A stretch of DNA of 64,000 bases from contig CM060733.1 of the NCBI GenBank assembly GCA_030704615.1, forward strand, positions 40,300,001 to 40,364,000. Reading direction: 5' to 3'. Shown one piece after another: positions 12,020-25,200 of the stretch (positions are counted from its first letter, which is position 1; the number at the start of each line of letters is the position of its first letter). The translations under genes and the position numbers were made by a program. Under the pieces are notes generated by a model, which saw only the letters and a program-made list of their open reading frames with translations, ran no database searches and was not told the origin of the DNA. Source of the DNA: Takakia lepidozioides. Lineage: Eukaryota > Plantae > Bryophyta.

Positions 12020-13193
12020 TGTTGGAAAGTTGCCGTTACAGTTGCAGCTTCAACATTCTAACAGACACAACTCTTCGGGTGTAATTCCAGAAGTCACATA
12101 AATCGGTTGTGTAACCATTGGACTACCTACTCAGTTGTGTAACTATAAAGGAGAGCTGTGTCTCTCACAACAAGAACACGCAAGAGACATAGAGAGATGG
12201 ATATATATTAAGTGTGAGAGACTTTCTACATGATCAATAAAGTTATAAAAGATCTAGGTTCTCAATGTGTAGAATATTTCACATGGTATCAAAGCCACGT
12301 TGACAAGGTTGTCACATTGAGACACACTAGAGTCGACTAAGAAGAAATAGAAATCAAGAGAAGAGTTGACATAATGTCAACAGCTAGCGCAAGTACAAGT
12401 AGTGCTTTTGGTACTACTAGTGGTGGTTTGAATGCTCAAGCCATTACATATAGTCACTATACTCGTGACTTGAGAGAAAGTGATAGATTTAATGGTTCTA
12501 ACTATGAAGAGTGGAGCATTAGATGTAAACATATTCTAGAAGAAAGGGAGGTATGGGGCATAGTGAATGGAAGCATACCCAAACCTGCTTTGAATGCACA
12601 GCCAGCAGATATAAATGCATGGAATGTGGGAAAAAGGGACATTTTGCTAGAGACTGTTGGAAACCAAAAAGGGGAGAAGAAGCGAGTCTTGCGTTGTATT
12701 GAAGACTACGAAGTGAGATTAAGAATTTCTTGAAGGAGTCAGAGAATGAAGATATGAAGTTTGGACCTCGTGAAGGTACAAGAGATACGGACCACGAGAA
12801 GGAGCTTGCGATATCGATTTCCTTGAGACTCGGACCATGAAATTAGAAAAATTTCAAGTAGATTCAAATTTACAAGTTAGACTTAAAAATTCTTAAATGT
12901 TTCGCTGCAGGGAGAGTGTTGGAAAGTTGTCGTTACAGTTGCAGCTTCAACATTCTAACAGACACAACTCTTCGGGTGTGATTCCAGAAGTCATATAAAT
13001 CAGTTGTGTAACCATTGGACTACCTAATCAGTTGTGTAACTATAAAGGAGAGCCGCGTCTCTCACAACAAGAACACACAGAGACAGAGAGAGATGGATAT
13101 ATATTAAGTATGAGAGACTTTTTACATGATCAATAAAAGTATGTAATTGTTGTTATAAAATATCTAGGTTCTCAATGTGTAGAATATTTCACA
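12020..13193 (+). mobile_element. TRIM-like, internally deleted Copia LTR element with intact termini
   Basis: LTRs at 12020-12283 and 12917-13193 (TG...CA). TSD CTTGT at 12015-12019 and 13194-13198. PBS TGGTATCAAAGCC at 12284 (tRNA-iMet). PPT AGGGAGAG at 12909-12916. Internal ORF 12374-12733 carries the Copia gag N-terminus (FNGSNYEEWSIR..ILEEREVWGIV). Confidence 0.95.
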
Positions 13194-13569
13194 CTTGTGA
13201 CATGAAGTCACCTAGATTCATTGAAGGAACCAATGGCACAATGCAACTCACATATAATCTTTTGACTAATCCAACCACTGTGGTCACTTGATCCTTCAGA
13301 TGACATTGAGTTCATGGAAAAGGCTGAGCAACAATTGGCGAAACCAAATAGGGGTCGCAACTGCCTGCTTACAGCCTACCTGAATGTTATATTATCCCTA
13401 CAAAGACTCAAAGAATGTGAGGACGAGTTGCATAAGGACGAGTTTGAGATGACAATTTTTTATCCAGAGTTGGAGAAGTGTGAGAATTCAGATTTCTTCA
13501 CTCTTTTATCAACTGCCCTCAGCCCCAAGATTTGAATGACTACACATCCCACTCACGCTGTAATCGGAG

Positions 13570-14060
13570 GTCCCAATCATCCCGGGAGAACTCGTATGAT
13601 GCAAATAGTTTGCTGCCAGCCCTAATAGTCCTACTAGCACATGTCATCACAAACATGTGCATCCCCTCACACTATACTGACGTATGACCACAAAAGCTCT
13701 CATGCCCATCGCTTCGCTCGTCCCATACTACATTGGTTCTCCTAGGATGACCAAAAGAACTATTGACCAGCCCAGCAACATTGTCACCATACAAAATTTG
13801 ATCTCAATGGGAGACAACCCCCGTCTACGTACATCCTGTCCGTTGACACACAAAATGTAGGGTAGGATGTATGGGGCTTCGAGGCATAATGTACGGAACT
13901 CCGCGGAGGTGTAGTATGGACCGTAGTAGGGAAACAAGTCCACCATGCTGTTTCTCCGAGGAGGAACCACAATATCATTGACCGTGAATTAACCCCGACC
14001 CATAGCAGGGTCTGTAGCGGCTCTCACAACATACCGTCTCCCCCAATACTCGAACTCCAT
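13570..14060 (-). pseudogene. Intronless SET-domain (lysine methyltransferase-like) pseudogene
   Basis: Joined across two frameshifts it reads YVVRAATDP..GRG*FTVNDI...LFPYYGPYY...YILCVN...DNVAGLVNSSFGHPRRTNV...MFVMTCASRTIRAGSKLFASYEF. This matches the SET motifs GxGLF..DI, N.A..NHS..N and A.R.I..G.EL...Y. Stops at 13989-91 and 13672-74. Confidence 0.7.
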
Positions 14061-14429
14061 ATTTTCTCGGATGGGGGTGGGAGGGTCAAGATGATTCCCC
14101 CAACAACGAGACCGGACGGTCCTCAGTAACATAGTCCTATGCGCTTCCCATCGGGGGCGAGCGGCTCAGGCCGCCCAAGCCGAAGGAAAGGAAACCTAGG
14201 GCGAAGCCGACCCCTCCTAGGGGTTCGGGGGGCACATGCACGAGGATGCTCTTCAATGTGTTTGTCAAAACTTGGGCACGCGTGGGTTATATTTCAGGCT
14301 TAGCACCTTCAACTTCTCTCGATGTAAGTCCTCTTTTCTTTTGGCTCTTGATTTTAGCTAGGCTCACCTTTTGAGTTATATTGTCTTGACCATGTCAAAC
14401 TGCCACCGCACCAACCCAAGGTGCAATAT

Positions 14430-14795
14430 TTGTAGACCACTGCATGCAGACAAAGTGCAGTGCGTTATGGATTCCCCATTGCAGTACCTATACATGGAGC
14501 TAATTGCATATTTATTTCTGTAGTACCTAGATAGAACGGAGTGAAGGGAATGCACTACCGATAGCGCATTGGACCTCCTAGGATGTAGTACCTATATAGT
14601 GAAACTCCATCTAGGTGAAGTGCAAGGCACTACAGGTTCTGTAGACCACTGCATCCAGGCAAAGTGTAGTGCACTACGGATTCCCCATTGCAATACCTAT
14701 AGTGCACTTCAACAGTGCATTACATCATTTGCACCAACCCACGGTAAAGCGCACTACATGGAGTGAATTGCATATTTATTTCTGTGGTGCTCTAT
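14430..14795. repeat. Diverged direct repeat pair rich in GTAG/CACTAC/TGCAGT motifs (possible DNA-transposon subterminal repeats)
   Basis: TGTAGACCACTGCAT...GGATTCCCCATTGCA.TACCTA and TACATGGAG..AATTGCATATTTATTTCTGT each occur twice. The inverted match TAGGTACTGCA is at ~11937. Confidence 0.55.
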
Positions 14796-14839
14796 TTGAG
14801 CATAATAGCTTCTAGAAAATGTAGTTATTGAGGTGAAGG

Positions 14840-17800
14840 TCTTACGTTCCTCTTGTCTAATTCTCCTCCCTGTCTTTCTGCCTTGCCTATTCGTCGACTG
14901 AAAATTCAGATCTCACTCCCCTGCCAATGGTTCCATCATGACCAGACTTGAATCTAAACTAAATCCTTGGCAATTAAGCGAGATCACACATCATAGGCCA
15001 CTGCAGTCATCACTCTGTACCACTGGCTCTTATTCCAACATGGCCAAATACCAACAATTACTTTATGTACAGATCCTTCAAGTCCCAATGATTCCTCACT
15101 CATCTGGAACTATCACCCAATCCTAGAATTGCACATGGTACTGGGATACACCCAATCCTCCCAACCGCCACACCATGCATCAGCTTCTGTATCATCTCTC
15201 TTCTCTACTCGTAGACACTGTTCACCATGGCCGTCCTATATGCCACACTCTGTACAGCTCCAACGTCTACAAGTTCTCTTATCTAGGGAAAAAAGCAGAA
15301 GAAGAGAATCCCTAGTCTCCTCCTTGTACACTTCTCTACCATCTTCATATGTGGCTTTTGGGACAACGGCAGCTTGCCACCACCTGCTGTTCCACGTGAC
15401 ATCCCCATCACCTCCCCCAGACAGCCGTCGACGATTGCTGAACCGTTCAACATCCTGCCAAGCCTGTCGCAGGTTCAATCTCACAGGAACGTTATATCAG
15501 CTCCCCTCCTATAAGGGAATATTGTCCTCAATACTGAACTGGGGAAAGTTCTTACGAAGATCTTCTTCTCTCTCCCATGTAGATTCTTCTACATGGTAAT
15601 TCTTCCATTTGATCGAGAATTCGTTCCAAGAACGAGATCTCAAGGTTTTCACCTCTACCTTAAGAATCTCTTCTGGTTCTGCCACAACTTCTCCTTCAAT
15701 TGTGACCTTTGGCAATTCTGGGAGAACATGGTTGGGATCCAAAACATATTTCCTAAGGAGGCTCACATGAAATACGTCATGTATCTTCCACCTAACAGGC
15801 AGTTCCAGTTGGTAGGCTACCTTGCCAATCTTCTTGATAATCTTGAAAAGTCCATAGTACCTTGGGGAAAGTTTGTAACATTTTCCTAGGCTCAACTGGC
15901 TCTTCTTAGGGATCACTTTAAAAAATACTTGATCTCCGATCTCAAATTCCCTAAAAGACATTTTCTGATCAGCATAGGCCTTTGCCCTTTCCTGAGCTCT
16001 CCTCATGCTATCCTTCATCAAGTCCATCTCTTGTTGCATCAGGTTGCTATCATCTGATTGACACTTTCGACCTTAGTATTTGAAACATGTCAAGATGTTG
16101 GTGTCAAGCAATCTTGCCCATAGACAGCTTCGAATGGGCTTACCCCAATAGTTGTATGCATGTTCTTATTATAGGCAAACTCACAAAAATGCAAATATTA
16201 CTCCCAAGAGCTTTGCCTTTGCCCCACATACATTTGGAGCATGTTTTCTAAGGTTCTATTTGTCCTCTCTGTCTGAGCATCAGATTCTGGATGGTAAGCA
16301 CTGCTAAAACACAATATGATATTCAAAGCTTTGAACAAAGCAGTCCAAAATCCACTTATAAACTTCGAATCCCTGTCAGACACAATTTCTCTTGGCAATC
16401 CATGCAGTTTGTATATCTCTTTTACAAAGAGATTAGCTGTGTCTATAGCAGTAGCACTCATCTTTGTGGGTATGAAATGTGTCTGCTTTGACAAGCGATC
16501 AACCACCACAAAGATGGCATCATGTCCATTTCTTGTCTTAGGCAATGAGACAATGAAATCCATACTTATAGATTTCCACGTTGCCCTAGGCACATTCAGA
16601 GGTTGCAAAAGTCCAGGAGTCTTGATCTCTTCTGTCTTGGTTATCTAACAAAGGTAACACCTTTCAACATAATCTCGTATGTTCTTCTTCATCCCAGGCC
16701 AGAAAAATTGTTTCCTGACTGCGAGATATGTTTTCAGAAAGCCAGGATGGCCTGCAATGGGTACGTTATGACAATCGTACATGATCTTTAGTCTAAAGTC
16801 TGCAACCTGAGGCATGCATAGACGCCCATTGTAGTACAACAACCCATCCTTCAACAGATAAGCAAGATCCTTGCCAATTTCCTCAGGAGTCTTAACCCCA
16901 CGAGACAGGCTTTATCATTGAAATAGCTGTTGTCCACCTTCTTCTGGACAACGCATCTGCCTGCACCACGTTCTCTTTCCCCTTTACATAATGCAATTCA
17001 AAGAAGAACTGTTTGAGGAATTCTACCCAACGACATTGTTTGCGATTGAGGTTGGGTTGTGTGGCCAGATACTTCAAGCTTTCATGGTCTGTCTCAATCT
17101 TAAATTCCCTTCCCAGCAGATAATGCCGCCAAACCTTTAAGACATATATGATGGCTAACAATTCTTTTTCATGCACTGGGTAGTTCAACTCTGCTGGGCT
17201 TAGTTTTCTAGACTCATAAGCTATTACATGTCCGTGTTGCAATAACACAACTCCTATGGCCAGGTCACTCGCATCGTGCAAAGTACTAGACCACCTGTCT
17301 TGTAATCCATTAACTTCAAGATAGGAGCATGTGTCAACATATTTTTAAGCTTTTCAAAGCTTTCATTACAATCCTCGGTCCAGGTAATCGCTCCTAAGCC
17401 TTTCAGCAGGCTAGTGAGAGGGGCTGCAATCTTGGAGAATGCCTTTATAAATCTTCTATAAAAGCTTGCAAGTCCTAAGAATGCTCTCACATCAGTTCTA
17501 TCTTTCGGGACTGGCCATTCTGCCACTGTCTTTACCTTCTTGGGATCAACTAAGATGCCATTCTTTGACACTATGTGACCCAAGTATTCCATTTGGGAAA
17601 CAAAAAACTCACACTTGCTCTTTTTAGCATAGAGTTTATTTTCTCTTAACATCTCTAGAACACTTATCAAGTGTTCCACGTGTTCTTCTTCAGACTTCGA
17701 ATAGGTTAAAATGTCATCCATGAAGACTAACACAAATTTCCCAAATACTTTCTGAATAAGGTATTCATTAAGCACATGAAAGTGGTTGGTGCATTTGTGA

Positions 17801-20764
17801 GTCCAAAAGACATCACTGTATATTCATAGTGGCCAAATCTAGTTCTGAAGGCCGTTTTAAACGTGTCCGAGTCTTTGACACGGATCTGATGGTATCCACT
17901 TCGTAGGTCTATCTTTGAAAATACTTGCGCACCATGCAAGTAATCAAATAAGTCATCTATCCTAGGAAGTGGAAACTTGTTCTTTACAGTTAGCTTATTC
18001 AGCCATCTGTAGTCCGCACATAATCTTAAAGTCCCGTCTTTCTTTTTCTTGAACAACACTTGTGCTCCCTAGGGAGACTTGCTAGGCTTAATATAACCTT
18101 TCTCTAGCAAATCAGCCAGTTGTCTCTCCAATTCTTCATTCTCCACAAAAGAATGCCTATAAGGAATCCTAGAGATAGGAACTGCTTCAGGAACCAACTC
18201 AATGGCATGATCTACATCCCTTTCAGGAGGTAGTCCAGGCAGATCACTGGGAAATACATCTGAAAGACAGGACCTTATCTGCTCTGTTAAAGTTGTTCAA
18301 CTGCACTTCAATGCCTTTGTCATCATTCTTATGAATGCTTATAAAGAACAGCTGATCGGCTGTCTTTCGTATGCATCGCTTCATTTGAAGGGCTGACAAC
18401 AAGGGAACGTTGGGTAGGGCTCTTGTACTTGTAAACTTGAATCGCTTACCACCAAGCAACACCCCCTCCACTGAGCAATCTCGGCATGCCACTTGAGGGT
18501 CCACAGATGCCAGCCACTGCATCCCCAAGATGACGTCGTACCTCGCACCATCCTAGACCTCAAAATCCGCCACAGTGGTGACCCCCTGCATTGTGACAGG
18601 GACATCCAAGCTCCTACTGTTGCTTGATCTTGTATCTCCATTAGGCAACAGAATGGTGCTGGCGCCAACCTCCATTAACTGCAGTTTGCACTTGTTTGCA
18701 AAATTTTGAGACAAGAAGTGGGTTAATCAAAACAGTCGTGGTCTCTCTTCCCACCTGACCATTCAATCGTATGACTGTGGAATTATAGTCTATCTCCTCA
18801 CCCATCACAGCCGCTGAGATCCTCAGCTGTTTACCTTTGCTCGTCCCAGGTGCATCCACATCCATTTTATCCTCAACCTCTTGTACAATCACAGCTGCAG
18901 CTGCACGTTGTACGCGTTTGGAACATTCAAACGCCCGATTGCCTTTTTCATGACAGATGAAACACTGACCCGACCGTCGGTGTTCTTCTTGTTTATTCTC
19001 TGATAGACGTTTGGTTGCTGGAGCCCCAAATTTCTGATTACCCCGAGACTCAGTCCTTGTTGTCTTCTTATTGAACATTTTCCATTTCTTTTTTTTCTAA
19101 CCTCCACCAAAAGGGAATGACTTTGGCTTGAAATCCCTGTCAGTAGGTGCACTTGCGCCCAGATGTGCTTTGATTGTTTTGTCTAATGGCAGTCAGGAAG
19201 AAATCCACCCTGTCAGACTCCTTCAAGGAATACTAGAAGTATGAAGCGTGTTCGTCAAACTTCACCTTGTAGTCTGCCACACTCATTCTTCCCTGGCTAA
19301 GTTCCATCAAACCCATCTTCATCCTGTGCGCATAATCCTCTGGCAGGTACTGTTCTTTGAAGACCCGCTTGAACTTAGCCCATGTGGTGATTTGATCCAC
19401 TCTCCCTTCCAGACCCGACTTCTCTTTCATTCTAATCCACCATTCTTTAGATTTGCCTCTCATTTGTAATGAGGCTGTACGGATCTTATCTGCATCTGTA
19501 TAGTCCTCACTGAAGAACTCTTCCAGAGTCTCCAAAAAGACAGCACCTCAGTTCAAGGCACATTTGGGCGACCATGGAATTTAGGAAGATGCGTCATCTT
19601 CCTAATTTTCTTGTCAACCGTTCTTCTCTTAGAATCCCTTGCCATCATGGAGCGGCTATCATGTGAGGATGCACCAGAGGTAGAACCACCTCTAGCTTTT
19701 TTTTTTTTGTCCTAGTTCTTGCATGCAGATCATTATGGGGAGCACTTACTGGTTGGTCTACCGCTTGCTGGTCGGGTGGCACAGCCGGTAGAGTTGGATT
19801 TGCTGTAGGTCTCCTGCCAGCAGCAGCTATGCCCTCTTTCACTCCACTGGCTACTGCCTCACGAATGACTTGAGCTAGATCTCCAGCTTTCATAGTGATA
19901 AGTTCTTCCGGCACAGCAATTTCTTATGTTTTCTCAACTGCAGCTTGTGTATGGCTTGTCTCTCCTTCCATCGACTCTGGAGATGTGCTACACCTACCTT
20001 TAGAGATTGTATTCCACTGAAGCAACGAGCTTCCAGAGCCGAATGTCAATTGGCTCATAAACCACAAATCCCAAAAGGTCGAAATCTGCTCTGATACCAA
20101 GATCTTACGTTCCTCTTGTCTAATTCTCATCCCTGTCTTTCTGCCCTGCCTATTCGTCGACTGAAAATTCAGATCTCACTCCCCTGCCAATGGTTCCATC
20201 ATTACCAGACTTGAATCTAAACTAAATCCTTGGCAATTAGGCGAGATCACACATCATAGGCCACTGCAGTCATCACTCTGTACCACTGGCTCTTATTCCA
20301 ACATGGCCAAATACCAACAATTACTTTATGTACAGATCCTTCAAGTCCCAATGACTCCTCACTCATCTGGAACTATCACCCAATCCTAGAATTGCACATG
20401 GTACTGGGATACACCCAGTCCTCCCAACCGCCACACCATGCATCAGCTTCTGTATCATCTCTCTTCCCTACTCGTAGACACTGTTCACCATGGCCGTCCT
20501 GTCTGTCACACTCTGTACAGCCCCAACGTCTACAAGTTCTCTTATCTAGGGGAAAAAGCAGAAGAAGAGAATCCCTAATCTCCTCCCTGTACACTTCTCT
20601 ACCATCTTCATATGTGGCTTTTGGTCTTGATCAACGGGAGCTTGCCACCACCTGCTGTTCCACGTGACATCCCCATCACCTCCCCCAGACAGCCGTCGAC
20701 GATTGCTGAACCGTTCAACATCCTGCCAAGCCTGTTGCAGGTTCAATCTCACAGGGACGTTATA
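14840..20764 (-). mobile_element. Full-length but decayed chromodomain-bearing Gypsy LTR retrotransposon (chromovirus)
   Basis: 5' LTR 20103-20764 and 3' LTR 14840-15496 differ by ~17 substitutions plus one small indel by eye. TSD GAAGG at 14835-39 and 20765-69. PBS TGGTATCAGAGC ~20088-99. PPT GGAGGGGAG ~15501-09. Domain order gag (19233-19535), zinc knuckle CFICHEKGNRAFEC, protease remnant, RT (FMDDIL), RNase H (DAS..ELLAI..TDH), integrase (SMDFIV, SDRDSKF), chromodomain (EPEEIL..KWKNY..ESTWERE). Several frameshifts and stops. Confidence 0.95.
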
Positions 20765-20819
20765 GAAGGCAAATTGGTTTTTTTGCTGTGGTGGGCGCGA
20801 TATCCTGGCATGTACATAT

Positions 20820-21800
20820 TGCAGATAAAATCAGATGCAGATGAGAAGATAAAGAGGCTGAAACAGCAAGAGGACAGCAAGAGGAAGAGAAGGAGAACCA
20901 AAAAAAAAGAGTGGAGGAGAAGAAAAAGAATGGTGAAAAGAGGCAGAGAAAGGAAGAGAAGGACAATCTCAAACAGCAAGATGAGGAGAATAAAAAAGAG
21001 GCAGAAAGAGGAGGAGAAGGAAAGGCTGAAATAGCAAGATGAGGAGAAAAAGGATGAGAGAGAGACAAAAGAGGAAGAGAAGAAGGATGAGACAGATGAA
21101 AATATGCTGAAATGGCATGAGGAAGAGGAGAGGATGGAGGGTCCGAAACAGGAACAGGAGGAGAAAAAGGAAAGACCGGCTGTAATGGGTAGCAAGAGTG
21201 AAGCAGACATATCTAAAAATAAGCAGGTAGTCTCCTATCATTGGACAATTATACAAGGAAAAGTGGTGAAGTGACTCCAAGACTAGTTCAAGAAGATAGA
21301 ACACATGGTTCCACAGGGTATTAGATAATCTTTGCCCTCCACTTTATTGCTGATAATTATACCTTTGTTTCATAAATCAGGATAGCAAGGTTGTGGGGAA
21401 GCTCCATACTAAGGGTAGTTCTTTTGTGTTGCAGGTGGGAGAGGGACAGGGAGGCCCTCATTTGACCACATATCTACCTGCCCTTTGGACCAAATACAGT
21501 TGGACCAAAGACAAGGGAAACTGGTGAAGAAAATCACCCCTCAAGCTCAAGCTTTCTGGTGGGGAGAATGGAATCATTGAGATTGAAATGATATGAATGT
21601 TCAACTTGTGACCTGATTCAGCGTATTTACAATCTCATCTTCTTGGAAGTAGACACCTCCATGACTACAACTCTGCAGTTGAACAATCAGACAGGCAGCA
21701 GCAATGTACACGCAGATTATGGAAAACCACCAAGTGTTTGTGCCTTGCACACCTCTCTACATTTGGGTGCATGGTCGCATGCAAGACACCAGCATGATTT
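20820..21800 (+). other. Charged low-complexity exon-like stretch followed by a possible decayed piggyBac-like transposase C-terminus
   Basis: Purine-rich K/E/R coding after a TTGCAG acceptor at ~20824. HDYNSAVEQSDRQQQ..RRLWKTTK at ~21657-21735 loosely resembles the piggyBac DYN..VD..D motif. Confidence 0.25.
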
Positions 21801-22241
21801 GAGGCATGGTACCACTCCATGATATAATGACAAAAAAGTTTCACACAGGCACTCTTTGGCTATAAGTGCTACTCATTATTATGAAGAAACAAACCTTCCC
21901 AAGGTACCCCACCCCTGTCATCATTGATCCAAGCCAATCCTCCAAGCCAATCTTCCAATAAATGTCATGCAAAAGGAGAAACCTGGGAGTCATATGTATA
22001 AGTTGATTTCTCAAATAGCTAAGATAAGCTGTCCACGGCCTGCTGTCCCGCCCACCAGTCCTATTTCACTGACAGCCTCAACAAAGATCCACTTCACCAC
22101 AGTGGGTAATATTACACCTCATAAACCATGGTCACCCAAATTGCAAACCATTTTCAAGAAAGCCGCAGGCCATTTTTTGCCATTTTTGAAGTTTCCTACA
22201 GGGGTAGTAAAAATACACAAAACTGTTAAATCCGACTGTCT

Positions 22242-25200
22242 TTATTTGGATTTCTCAGGTGCCACATCTCGGACACCGACAGTGGCCAGCCTCTGCCCGG
22301 TTAGTTTATTCACTCTTTGCCGCAGTTTCTCTCTGTTGTCATGGATGCGTCGAAGACCATTGCCCACAATGACCATAGAGTAGAGCGTATGTGTAATCAT
22401 AGGAGCCAGTATATTCCCCGTCTGTCAAAATGCCACCATAGTTGAATTAGCTGCGACTTGCCTTGACGTAAACACAGATATTGAAGTATCTCCCATGATA
22501 ACATCAAATGCCAAGTTGAACAATAGGGAAACAACAGGTGGAACTCATGAGCAGACAAGCAAGGTGGGCAGTGCTGGAGTGCACTGGTTACTTCAGGCAC
22601 AGAAGTCAGACAAGGAAGAATGTCCAGCTGATTTGTGTTGCAGCTCAGAGGGCCTTTACCAGCACAGCAATATATGGCCAATTGATCCACGATTTCTTGT
22701 GTACTCATGCCATGGGGAAAGAGGGAACAGAGGCGGGGAGGAAAAAACATCAAATAGTCTCCTTGGGCACTAAACAATTTAAACTTACTTGCATTCCTAT
22801 AGGTGAATAATATAGTCCTTCATATGCATTTCCTTCAGAAGGAGAGAAGAGCTTACGTGCATCCATTCAAAGCCAAGGTACAGAGCCAAGAGAGCTTCCA
22901 TGAGAGGAGAATAAATTTTCTTCTGCTGCCGTCGCTCATACCACGCTACATCCCCCAGCAGCAAGAACACTTAATTAATTAAGTGGAAATAAGTTGCCAT
23001 GAAAAATAGTAGATGTAAATGACACATCATCAACACTAAAGCAAAGCCAGAGTGACTGATCCAAAACCATCAAGTCTCAATGGGAATCCGCCTTCAAATA
23101 GTCTCAATTCCAAGGTGGTCACGCATCTAACCTTCAACCCGCTCCTTTATGTCCCGCCGGTTATTGTGACCTCGGATAACTGGAGCCACCACATATTTAG
23201 GATCTGCAATGTACAAGATATATCAGCACACTCCACAAACCCATCTCATTGATCCCTCCCGTCTTCCCACTATCAGCAACTGGATAACTGAACATGTTAA
23301 TCAAATTGTGGGATACCAGCTAGCCTCCTAAACTGGGGTAGACCTGACAGTTCCCAAGAAAGTACCCACCTTTAGGAGAAGATATAACATAGTACATGGA
23401 GCCAGTGAGTGCAGCTGTAAGGACAGCGGCAAACACTTGTGCAAAAGGAACAAAAAGTGGGATCATTCCGGTCTGCATGCCACCCATCCACATCACGACT
23501 CAGCCACCCTTCCCTGAGCTAAGCAAAACACCAGCTTACAGATTACACAGCCATTTCCTCCCTCCCTTCCTATGCCTTGTTCTCATTCATTGGTTCACCT
23601 TCAAGACAAACAACTATAACATAGCCTGCCCAGATAACATCCATGCACGATTCACAACAGCAAGAAATCGTACCAAAGCGGCAATGCCAACTGTTGTCTC
23701 ATTCACCCCTTTGTCACTTATTTGAAGTGCGTGTGCCAACCCCCCCTGTCCAACAAGCACATTACATAGAACTCAATGATAGATACACTCAGATGTCTGA
23801 CAAGTGAAATTGTGAGAATTTCTTCACAGATGACAACCGCTCACTATCTACGTGACTTTTGCAGCGAACACTCGTATACGCTTGAGCATTTTCTCTCTCC
23901 TCCTGCTTCACACCAGTAGCACATGATTTCACTCCACCACCCTACCTCAAGCCCTTACACCACCTTAAACATCCCAAAAGGTCAAGGGTCCAAGTAAGTA
24001 AACCTACTTCCAGTTTGAGGTCCATGGGGTCACCAGAGGAAATTAAGAAATTCACCAAAGAGCACTCACAAGAAAGTAAAAAGCGACTATCCACTGACGA
24101 AATGTATGAGAGAAGACACAAACAGGTTGTTCTTTGAGGTCTGACCTGAATGGCAACCCTGAAGAAAAGTTCTTCCGCCAATGCTCCAGCAGCCACTACG
24201 AAGGGGAACTGGCAACAGGAACACCAAAACTGTTCAAGTCACCAAGCAAGCCTCTGCTAGAGTACAATAAGTGATTGTAGTACCATATCCTGGCAACGAG
24301 AATGACACAAGTTTTGTACCCTCACAGAGGGGGACTATTTCATTAAGCGATTCTGCTTGCTTCTTTCTCTCCCTGCCGTCTTCTTGCATCCGCTCAAACA
24401 GGGACAATCATGGATGCAAACCCTAGACAAGAAGCTTGGAGTGCATCCTCACTCTGTATCTATCCATCTCAGTACCTGCCATGGCGACATGCCTACAAAG
24501 AAATCCATGAGCTCCTCATCTTCCACGTCACGGATTGCCCTGGCAGGTGCACAGTTCTTCACAATTTCATCCTGCAAAGTACACCAAAGTAGAGAGTTTA
24601 GAAAGACGGATGCGGATGGTTGAAGAATCTGCTTTAATTCCAGAGCTTCTCCATGGCAAACCCATCCTGATGACATGATGCAAGTGGTTGTACTCAGTGT
24701 TACGCAGAGAGCCCACCCCCAACAGGAAGGAGTACTTGCCAAAGAAAGAGGTTGAGTTCCCAGATTGGGTGACACTTTGCTGAGTGTCAAGTCAACTTGC
24801 CCTCTAGTGTACAGTGGCCCTTAGATGTATTGTTTGGTTTCAGTTGTTCTACTGAGTCATATAGTCTTCAGGGCCTGCTGTGACATAATTATTTTCTTCT
24901 TCTGTCACACATGCACACACATAAGTGTTGAAAAGAATCAGACCTCAAGAATGAAAAGGAGAACCATCATGGGCGGCACCGCATAACCGAACCCAGTGGT
25001 TATCACCTCAGGAGACAAATCAAAGCCGCCCCAGGAATCAACCCCAGTGAAACTGCAGATAGTATTTCCAGCAAAAGCGAGTCCTCCATACATTGCTGTT
25101 CACATGTACGGAAAGTTCCATCAGAACGGTAAATTAGAAGTCAATATCCGAACAGCAGTCAATACCAGAGTCTCAAAAAGTCTCAAACAAGGAGGCTTAC

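Noticed and set aside
11791-14705. CACTA transposon boundaries
   Set aside because: CACTA and TAGTG words exist, but I could not find an extended TIR match with a 3-bp TSD.
15129-15599. ORFs duplicated at 20392-20752
   Set aside because: They lie within the two Gypsy LTRs and are incidental.
20749-21304. Hydrophobic F/L/S-rich minus-strand ORFs resembling membrane proteins
   Set aside because: They are the antisense of a purine-rich low-complexity tract.
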